64,000 nucleotides of DNA from Candidatus Campbellbacteria bacterium. Lineage in GTDB: Bacteria > Patescibacteriota > Minisyncoccia > Phycocordibacterales > EsbW-18. Of this stretch, positions 57,700 to 64,000 are shown piece after piece. Every line of letters begins with the position of its first letter. The stretch's first letter is position 1. A model generated the notes under the pieces. It was not told the origin of the DNA. It saw only the letters and a program-made list of their open reading frames with translations, and made no database searches. A program made the position numbers and the translations under genes. The stretch is from contig JANLIT010000004.1 in assembly GCA_024653945.1 (NCBI GenBank), positions 77,281 to 141,280 of the forward strand, given 5' to 3'.

Positions 57700-58588
57700 T
57701 CAGACAAGACGGAACGCGATCCACCCCATCTTCTTGCGCTCGTCGTCGGGCTCGCACTTCGTGAAACCAGCGAGTCCGAATCCGCGCGCCAAGACATGGA
57801 GCATGCGCTCAATCTCCGACTGGCACATGATAACTTTCTCAAAGACCTCCTCTTCCCGACCCTTGAGAAAGCCAATGGTCCTCCACTGAAGTGCCTTTCC
57901 ACGACGTTCCACTCGCACAGTCACCGTTCCTGTACGGTAACCAACAAGGAGGAGAGCAATGTCTCCCGCCTTGATGCTCGTTCTCCAACGGAACCAACCC
58001 CACCTATTGAGAAACATCGTCACCCCCCAAGAAAAAGTGGTTGTTGTGGTGTCGCCCAGCATTGTGCCGAGCAACTTCTTCGAGTTTAAAGAGTGGTGAG
58101 GTTTTCAAAAAAGCACCGAGAACACCACCGAGCACTTCCACACCATAGGGAGGTATATCTAGCTCTACGGTAAACAAAGCCCCGCGCGTGTGTGCAACAA
58201 ATCTCCATGGACCAATGTGCAGGAAAAGCGTACTTGGACCATAGAGCCAATCGTATCTTCGTTTCCGAAGATGCCTTCTCTCTCCTGGTATACACCAGCA
58301 GGGCTCAGCAAGTAGGAGAAGAAACCGAATCTCTTCAAGTACTGAAAGTCCTGGCAGAGGTCTCCACCCAACTATCCGACCACGCTCCTTGAACCTTCTT
58401 ACGGCATGGTCCCTGATAACCATGTCCTGTAAAAAAGTTTGAGATACGGGGTTCATTTTCACCTCCTTCTTTTGTAATCTGATGACACCATACATCAAAA
58501 AATAATGAACGGCAAGGTGTATGGAAAACGTTATTGATTCAAGAGTGCGGCGCGTGTATACGTATTCCCCGCATCCCAGAGGGCCCAT
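57700..58588 (-). pseudogene. GC-rich (about 55%) hypothetical gene split into two overlapping frames at a C6/G6 homopolymer (58024..58029)
   Basis: ORF 58004..58588 (...HNNHFFLGGDDVSQ*) and ORF 57700..58074 (...FSWGVTMFLNRW...) overlap by 71 nt in different frames. A 1-nt change in the GGGGGG run fuses them into one protein of about 300 aa. No motif recognised. Confidence 0.4.
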
Positions 58589-59844
58589 GAAGTCAGGCCG
58601 GCATCATATGTTGCCTGCATTTGTGCGCGCACCATTTCGGGAGTATACGTTGCCCCCATATCAAAATCTTGCAACCATGGACGCATTTGTTGTGCGTTGA
58701 TATTACCGTGTCCTTTTTGCGATTGCTCACGCAAGAAAACCATAATTGTCGACGTTGCTGTTGAGACCTCCGCGGCACCCAAAAGTCGCGCGCGCTGTGT
58801 GGATCTGTCCATGGAATACTTCACCACTTCATATGGACTTGTTGCGGGCTTCGCAATACCAATGAATCCTGAATTATAGTGTGATGGATATACCATTGGC
58901 ATGACAAAATCAAAATATGGCAACGCGCGTTCAAGCACTTGTCCAATACCGAGGTCATCAGTGTTTGTTGTTGTATATCCAAATAAATCAACAGAAAGAG
59001 CTGGCCGAGTTATATCTGACGAATCACGGCGTGAGGGACGTAACCCAGATGTTGGTGTTTCACCCGTAGCAAAAGATTCATAGAAGAATGAAAAAAATCG
59101 CTCCAACATTTCTGCTTTTGATACTCCTTTCGAAAATGTGAATGCAATATCTTTCATGTTACCGTCACTTGGATACCGAACGTAATCAAGATTGAGTTCA
59201 TCAAATCCAATCTTGTATGATTCACGTCCGAGCTCCACAATATATTCCCAAAATGGTTTTGCTCCGACATCAATAAATGCCAAACCTTTGTGGTCTTTCC
59301 ACACACTTCCGTCGCTCGCTTTCTTCACCGCAAGCTCTGGATGCACTGATGTGTAGTACGGGTCTTGAAAAACAGTAATGCGGGCAACAACATATATATT
59401 TTTACTGTGGAGTGTTTTAATAAATGCTTTCATGTCGCGCGCTCCGCACGCGTCCGACACCGCAGGGGCAAGAATTGGGTTGTCAGTTGTAAATCCAATC
59501 TTTCCTGAAAAATCTTTTACGTCAATAATGACACTGTTGAGTTCTGTCTCATCAATAAGTACCACGAGCTTGTCACGGAATGAAGGTGTACCGACAACAC
59601 ACTGCGACATATAAATTGCCTTCATGGGTTCTGGTGTTGGCATATGTACAACATCAGGAACTTCTTTTTTCTCTATTTTTTCAGCAAGCACCTCTGCGCG
59701 CTCGGCCATCCGCGTGTATGTTGAAGAAAAGACATTTGGTGCAACAAAAAAACCTACGCACAGAATGGTGGCAGTCACCAAAGACCCCACAACAATCTTG
59801 TGTGCATGGGGCATTACTTTCTTTTTTTGTGGTGCCGTGTTCAT
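58531..59844 (-). CDS. Membrane-anchored putative TIM-barrel glycoside-hydrolase-like protein (DUF4015/GHL-type)
   Basis: 437 aa with an N-terminal TM segment. The segments KNIYVVARITVFQD, LAFIDV and GFDELNLDYVRYPSDG resemble putative glycosyl-hydrolase-like families. The assignment is tentative. Confidence 0.45.
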   Translation of the reverse strand: MNTAPQKKKVMPHAHKIVVGSLVTATILCVGFFVAPNVFSSTYTRMAERAEVLAEKIEKKEVPDVVHMPTPEPMKAIYMSQCVVGTPSFRDKLVVLIDETELNSVIIDVKDFSGKIGFTTDNPILAPAVSDACGARDMKAFIKTLHSKNIYVVARITVFQDPYYTSVHPELAVKKASDGSVWKDHKGLAFIDVGAKPFWEYIVELGRESYKIGFDELNLDYVRYPSDGNMKDIAFTFSKGVSKAEMLERFFSFFYESFATGETPTSGLRPSRRDSSDITRPALSVDLFGYTTTNTDDLGIGQVLERALPYFDFVMPMVYPSHYNSGFIGIAKPATSPYEVVKYSMDRSTQRARLLGAAEVSTATSTIMVFLREQSQKGHGNINAQQMRPWLQDFDMGATYTPEMVRAQMQATYDAGLTSWALWDAGNTYTRAALLNQ

Positions 59845-60029
59845 GCCTGAATATCAGTTGGTTGTGTTGAAGATTTTTTTTCGTACCGTAAATAAAGTCC
59901 CCACCCAAGAAGAAATAGGCCCCCCAGAACACTTATCCATTCTTTCCACATAAGAGGAATGGCAATAACGTGTCCAATGCTCAGAATAATGCCGAGTACA
60001 ATGAGAACCGTGGTCTGTTTTTTGGTCAT
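59841..60029 (-). CDS. Small two-TM membrane protein
   Basis: 62 aa with two hydrophobic helices. Its stop overlaps the start of the downstream hydrolase-like gene (ATGA), suggesting translational coupling. Confidence 0.4.
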   Translation of the reverse strand: MTKKQTTVLIVLGIILSIGHVIAIPLMWKEWISVLGGLFLLGWGLYLRYEKKSSTQPTDIQA

Positions 60030-60144
60030 ACCAGAGAGTATATCCCGCGCTCACCGTCTTACCAAATGTGTAAACGGGAAATCATGGTGAGGTGAGTGTT
60101 GGATATACCCTGTTGAGCGGCCAGTTTCTATTTTCTTTATTTTT

Positions 60145-60246
60145 GGTATGTACCAATATATCGGTACATACCCATATTTTTTGCTACGCATTTCTTTTTT
60201 CTAGTGCGATATATCGCACTATTTCATTCGATATATCGAATGAAAT
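60145..60246. promoter_or_regulatory. Three consecutive distinct palindromes sharing a central CGATATATCG/CAATATATCG core (candidate operator array)
   Basis: ggtatgtacc-aatatatc-ggtacatacc at 60145..60172, tagtgcgatatatcgcacta at 60202..60221 and atttcattcgatatatcgaatgaaat at 60221..60246. They lie in the promoter region of the 59841..60029 / 58531..59844 operon. A further GC hairpin is at 60323..60341. Confidence 0.5.
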
Positions 60247-60363
60247 GAAAAACAAAAATAGATACGTCCTTATATAGAACACTATTCCCCCGATACAATC
60301 ACCACCCCAGTAGCAGAGTACACCTGCCTGCCGCAGGCAGGGCTCGCTACGGGGCAGGTAAAC

Positions 60364-61059
60364 TCACTTTTTGCTGGATACAATAACTACAAACTCACCT
60401 TTTTGTTTTTCCTTCCGTGTTTCAAAGTGGGCCAATACTTCTTGTGCATTTCCGCGTACAATTTCTTCATAGATTTTGGTAAGTTCACGCGCGATTGAAA
60501 TAGTTCGTGTTGCATCAAGTGATTCTGCAAGCACGGCGAGTGTCTTCATTATTCTGTGGGGTGATTCATAAAACACTGTTGCACGTTTTGATTCTGCTAT
60601 TTCTTTAAAAAGAGTTTGCCGTCCTTTCTTGTGAGGTAAAAATCCGAGGAATACAAAGTCAGCAATAGGTACCCCAGCGATGGAGAGCGCAGTTGTTAAT
60701 GCCGAAGGTCCTGGAATTGCTTCAATACGCACGTCGGGCATTTTTTCTCGAATAACTGAAACTACAAGAGACCCTGGGTCTGAAATTCCCGGAGTTCCCG
60801 CATCAGACACCAGTGCAACTTTTTTTCCTTCAGTGAGCGCCCCCATCACTGAACCAATTTTTGCGTGTTCGGTACGTGCATTCAACGAGGATGTGCGTGT
60901 GTGAATGTCATACTTATCTAAAAGTCGTTTGGTCACACGTGTATCTTCACAAAAAATAACATCCGCTTCTTTAAGCGTGCGAAGTGCACGAAGAGTTACG
61001 TCTTCCAAGTTCCCAATTGGTGTACCGACTATAAAAAGTGTTCCGAGATTTTCTTCCAT
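60364..61059 (-). CDS. rsmI: 16S rRNA (cytidine1402-2'-O)-methyltransferase
   Basis: LFIVGTPIGNLEDVTLRALRTLKEADVIFCEDTR is the RsmI/tetrapyrrole-methylase N-terminal signature. Confidence 0.8.
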   Translation of the reverse strand: MEENLGTLFIVGTPIGNLEDVTLRALRTLKEADVIFCEDTRVTKRLLDKYDIHTRTSSLNARTEHAKIGSVMGALTEGKKVALVSDAGTPGISDPGSLVVSVIREKMPDVRIEAIPGPSALTTALSIAGVPIADFVFLGFLPHKKGRQTLFKEIAESKRATVFYESPHRIMKTLAVLAESLDATRTISIARELTKIYEEIVRGNAQEVLAHFETRKEKQKGEFVVIVSSKK

Positions 61060-61067
61060 AGGATATG

Positions 61068-61114
61068 TATACTATAAAACGAAATGTCCTGCGAGGAAAA
61101 CTCCCTCACAGGAC
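61068..61114 (-). terminator. Candidate intrinsic terminator (gtcctg-gagg...cctc-caggac hairpin + U-rich) between the 61125..61859 gene and rsmI
   Basis: Imperfect 10-bp stem. The minus-strand reading is followed by AUUUCGUUUUAUAGU. Confidence 0.4.
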
Positions 61115-61124
61115 GAAACTACAT

Positions 61125-61859
61125 TCACGGATGCTTGAGAAGCTGATCATCGAGACCGAGCCCGGCGTTCAGTCTCCGAGTAAATTCACGGATTTTTGCC
61201 ACGCGCATCCCCTGATTTGGACCTTCCTTCTCAAGAAAGTCCGCGATTCTGTTGAAGATGCGACCGGCCTGTTTTTTTTCATACAACGAACCAGAGACGA
61301 CAAGCTCGGCGGCAATCTCTTCTACGGCTGCAAGGCCGATGAAGATTGCCGACGGTTTGCTCGGGTAATCCTGTGGCAGGCACTCGAGCGATGTCATTGT
61401 GAGAAGGGCTCTCGTGTGCTGACTCGGATTTCTGAGGAGGCCCGCCTGCGCAATTTGAAACGCCGTTTTTTTAAACCTCATCTTCGCAAGAACCGTAGAG
61501 ACAACGTCGCATTGGTTTGCCGACAAGAACGTATTGAAGCCCCCTGCGAGAAGAGCGCTCATCAAAGCGAGAATCGCCGAAGGTAGTCCTAGTGGCAACC
61601 ACAGAAAGACAAACCAAAAGGCTTTTTCGAGCCGTACCGAATCTTCTGCAGCGAGATCATCCCAGCCCTTGCGCATCGCCCACACTGTAGTGGCAATGCT
61701 GTACATCGTACTTGAAAATGAAACGAGTGCGCTCACGAGACCAAACAGAACGAGCTCCGGAATGAAACGGAGTAGCGCCATGACGAACAACAGAAGCTTC
61801 GCCCACCATCCCGAGTACTTCCAGTGAAGATCGCTGTAGAATTCCTTGAGCCTATTCAC
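61125..61859 (-). CDS. Hypothetical polytopic membrane protein
   Basis: 244 aa with several TM helices in the N-terminal half. No motif recognised. Confidence 0.4.
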   Translation of the reverse strand: MNRLKEFYSDLHWKYSGWWAKLLLFVMALLRFIPELVLFGLVSALVSFSSTMYSIATTVWAMRKGWDDLAAEDSVRLEKAFWFVFLWLPLGLPSAILALMSALLAGGFNTFLSANQCDVVSTVLAKMRFKKTAFQIAQAGLLRNPSQHTRALLTMTSLECLPQDYPSKPSAIFIGLAAVEEIAAELVVSGSLYEKKQAGRIFNRIADFLEKEGPNQGMRVAKIREFTRRLNAGLGLDDQLLKHP

Positions 61860-61936
61860 ATGAACCCCCGTATTCCTGCGTAGTTATTATTGAACTTCCT
61901 AAAATAAAATACCAGAAATATCTACATAAGTCAACG

Positions 61937-63262
61937 CTATACCAATAGGCGTTCGCCAACTTTGTAAATGTCTCCTGCGCCCATCGTTATAACAACATCG
62001 TTCGGCTCAACACTTCGAGAAAGCGTGTGCGAGAGTGCATCAAGCGTTTCGTATGATTCTACCTGTTTACCATACTGTCGCAACGCATCGCCCAGCATGT
62101 GGTGGGATATTGAAGGGTCGTGCGCTTCTCGTGCCGCGTAAATTGGTGCCAAAAGAACCCTGTTGGCATTATGAAAACTTTCTGCAAAATCGTTAAAAAA
62201 AGTTTTTGTTCTGCTGTAGAGATGTGGCTGAAACACAACAACAATATTTTTATCAGGAAATCGTTTTTTAAAACCAGCGAGCGTGGTACGAATTTCTTGT
62301 GGGTGATGTGCATAGTCATCAAATACTTCTGTTCCCCGTGTGGTACGTCCTTTATATTCACTTCTCCGCCATGTTCCCCGAAAATTCGCGAGCGCGTCGT
62401 TGATAGTTTCTTCGGGAACACTGAAAAATTCACCGACAGTGTGTGCAATAGCGGCATTCTTTGTGTTGTGTTCACCAAACACAAAAAGTTCTCGGTCTGG
62501 ATTGTAATGCGCCATGTAGTTGAGTATAGGAACTGAAATACCAGCGAGTGTTTCTTGTACAACAGAATCATCGGTGTTGCACACAATGGCACCATACGAA
62601 GGCACTTTGAGGGCCAACTCTCGAAACGCACTTTGAATATCTTTCAAATCTTTGTAGTAATCCAAATGGTCTTCGTCAATGTTGGTAATCACCAACACAC
62701 TCGGATGCAAATGTAAAAAAGAACGTTTGTACTCGCACGCCTCAACAAGAAAACGTTTTGTATGCCCCGGAACAAAATTACTACGTCCCCCTTTGAGCAA
62801 GGAACCCACGATAACCGTTGGATTGATATCTTTTGCCAACACGTCTGCAATCATTGCAGTTGTTGTTGTCTTTCCATGTGTACCCGATACCGCAACGGTA
62901 AAAGCTTCTTTTGAAATTTCTCCAAGTACTTCTGGATATGAAAGCGTGGGGATATGCAAACCTCGCGCACGAATCATTTCTGGATTGTCCCCTGCAATTG
63001 CTGGCGAATACACGACCAAATCAGCAAACAATGGAACATGGTGTTCATCGTGCCCTGGTCGCACACGCACACCAATGTTTTCCAGGTCGTGTGTAATGGG
63101 CGACAGTACTCTATCCGAACCACTCACGTGTTTACCGTGGTACTTCATCATCCGTGCCATAGCAGAAACACCAATGCCCCCAACGCCGATGAAGTGAATG
63201 TGTTTTGTTTTATTAAGATTGAGCGACATGGTTGATATAGCTTGCAATAATTTTTGATTCAT
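61937..63262 (-). CDS. murC: UDP-N-acetylmuramate--L-alanine ligase
   Basis: IHFIGVGGIGVSAMARMM Rossmann N-terminus, TVAVSGTHGKTTTTAMIA P-loop and Mur ligase middle and C domains. Confidence 0.85.
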   Translation of the reverse strand: MNQKLLQAISTMSLNLNKTKHIHFIGVGGIGVSAMARMMKYHGKHVSGSDRVLSPITHDLENIGVRVRPGHDEHHVPLFADLVVYSPAIAGDNPEMIRARGLHIPTLSYPEVLGEISKEAFTVAVSGTHGKTTTTAMIADVLAKDINPTVIVGSLLKGGRSNFVPGHTKRFLVEACEYKRSFLHLHPSVLVITNIDEDHLDYYKDLKDIQSAFRELALKVPSYGAIVCNTDDSVVQETLAGISVPILNYMAHYNPDRELFVFGEHNTKNAAIAHTVGEFFSVPEETINDALANFRGTWRRSEYKGRTTRGTEVFDDYAHHPQEIRTTLAGFKKRFPDKNIVVVFQPHLYSRTKTFFNDFAESFHNANRVLLAPIYAAREAHDPSISHHMLGDALRQYGKQVESYETLDALSHTLSRSVEPNDVVITMGAGDIYKVGERLLV

Positions 63263-63725
63263 CTAAATCTGTTCGTTCAAATCGTTTTCCTTGTTCAATA
63301 AAAATATCGTGTAATTCTTTCGGCTCAATCCACTGAATAACGCTCCCCGCCTCAAGATCGTCTTTCGCTCGCAATGATTCGTCAAGGCTTTGCTTCTCTA
63401 CATGAAAGTAGAGGGTTGTTTTCTCAACCATACTACCACTTGAGGGTCGTGGAAATGTCGATTGAATTGACCCAAGATATCCTCGTATAACACCTGTTGC
63501 ACCAAATTCTTCACGAAGACCACGCACGAGTGCTCCTTCTATAGTTTCTCCTGGTTCAAGTGTCTCACGCATCAGTAGGTGGATTGCTCCTGTTATTCCA
63601 CGTGAAGCAAGCATTGTGTCGCTATTAAAAAAATGACAACACACACGTCCCTGCTCATCAGTAAGCACAGCTCCTATGGAGACATGGAATGGAAGTTTGT
63701 CGCTCGATTGAAAAAGATGGCCCAT
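63213..63725 (-). CDS. NUDIX hydrolase
   Basis: The Nudix box GETIEGALVRGLREEFGATG fits Gx5Ex7REUxEExGU. Overlaps the murC start by 50 nt. Confidence 0.65.
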   Translation of the reverse strand: MGHLFQSSDKLPFHVSIGAVLTDEQGRVCCHFFNSDTMLASRGITGAIHLLMRETLEPGETIEGALVRGLREEFGATGVIRGYLGSIQSTFPRPSSGSMVEKTTLYFHVEKQSLDESLRAKDDLEAGSVIQWIEPKELHDIFIEQGKRFERTDLDESKIIASYINHVAQS

Positions 63726-63726
63726 A

Positions 63727-64000
63727 CTAGATTTTTTGAATTGCCTTCATAAACTGATCCCCACGGTCATATTCGTTGATAAACGTTCCTTTTGACGAAA
63801 ATGCGGGGCTCAGTAGTATTGTATCACCGACTCGCGCAGCGCGACGCGCCGTTGTAACCGCCTCCTGCATACTCTCAACTTCTGTTACAGAATCAAAATC
63901 CTCATCGTGAATCAGAGGGCGTATGCGCGTCGTTCCTACCCCTTTCAATAAAACAAGTGCACGGCAATGTTGTGGTAATTCATTCATGAGTTCCCCCATA
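63727..64000 (-). CDS. murD: UDP-N-acetylmuramoylalanine--D-glutamate ligase, C-terminal fragment (gene continues beyond window)
   Basis: The C-terminus GDTILLSPAFSSKGTFINEYDRGDQF matches the MurD LLSPACASxDQFxNFExRGxxF end. The Met at 63999 is probably internal. Confidence 0.55.
   Translation of the reverse strand, partial: MGELMNELPQHCRALVLLKGVGTTRIRPLIHDEDFDSVTEVESMQEAVTTARRAARVGDTILLSPAFSSKGTFINEYDRGDQFMKAIQKI

Noticed and set aside
57640-58089. 149-aa plus-strand ORF in the GC-rich islet
   Set aside because: The intrinsic terminator at 57628..57660 and the flanking genes are oriented for minus-strand transcription. In GC-rich DNA all frames stay open, so the plus-strand ORF is probably spurious.
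1-64000. Prophage, integrase, transposase or rRNA content
   Set aside because: No integrase or transposase catalytic motifs, terminal inverted repeats with target-site duplication, or rRNA-like conserved sequences were seen. The only mobile-element-like signals are the start-proximal fragment duplications and the GC-rich islet reported above.

Overview
This is a gene-dense window with moderate GC content; its short insertion-bearing housekeeping proteins and heavy surface-glycosylation complement suggest a Patescibacteria/CPR-like organism, and that assignment is an inference. Almost everything is on the minus strand, and the standard genetic code is in use.

The 5' third holds housekeeping genes: gyrB (partial), pheT, pheS, tRNA-Thr, tsf, rpsB, prfA, rpmE, rplY, fba, tkt (split into N and C subunits), rpe, rpiB, gap, gatB, obg, secA, murB and, near the 3' end, rsmI, murC and murD (partial). 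Interleaved with these are several secreted or cell-wall proteins.

Positions 34.6-54.2 kb form a roughly 20 kb glycan-biosynthesis locus. It contains an O-antigen-ligase/TPR protein, a Wzx flippase, about 8 GT4 glycosyltransferases plus one GT2, an exostosin-like protein, an acetyltransferase and 9 methyltransferases (4 FkbM-type, 5 class I). A UDP-sugar epimerase inside the locus is interrupted by an in-frame TGA.

The observations most worth a second look are:
- 5'-terminal fragments of tRNA-Thr, tkt and gatB are each duplicated 85-125 bp upstream of the intact gene, with a hairpin in between. For tkt and gatB the encoded peptide is conserved across many synonymous changes.
- An NlpC/P60-like cysteine-peptidase domain of about 170 aa is inserted into the B5 domain of PheT.
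- A two-gene secreted-protein cassette is tandemly duplicated. Its B-protein N-termini are under purifying selection, and a Gly-rich linker plus amphipathic helix motif is shared with a third, peptidoglycan-binding surface protein.
- A roughly 350-nt structured intergenic RNA lies between obg and gatB, bracketed by two terminators. It is possibly a divergent RNase P RNA.
- A GC-rich islet of about 0.9 kb carries an ORF frameshifted at a C6 homopolymer, next to an orphan TraD/VirD4-like ATPase.
- Several tandem-repeat and palindrome arrays sit in promoter regions.
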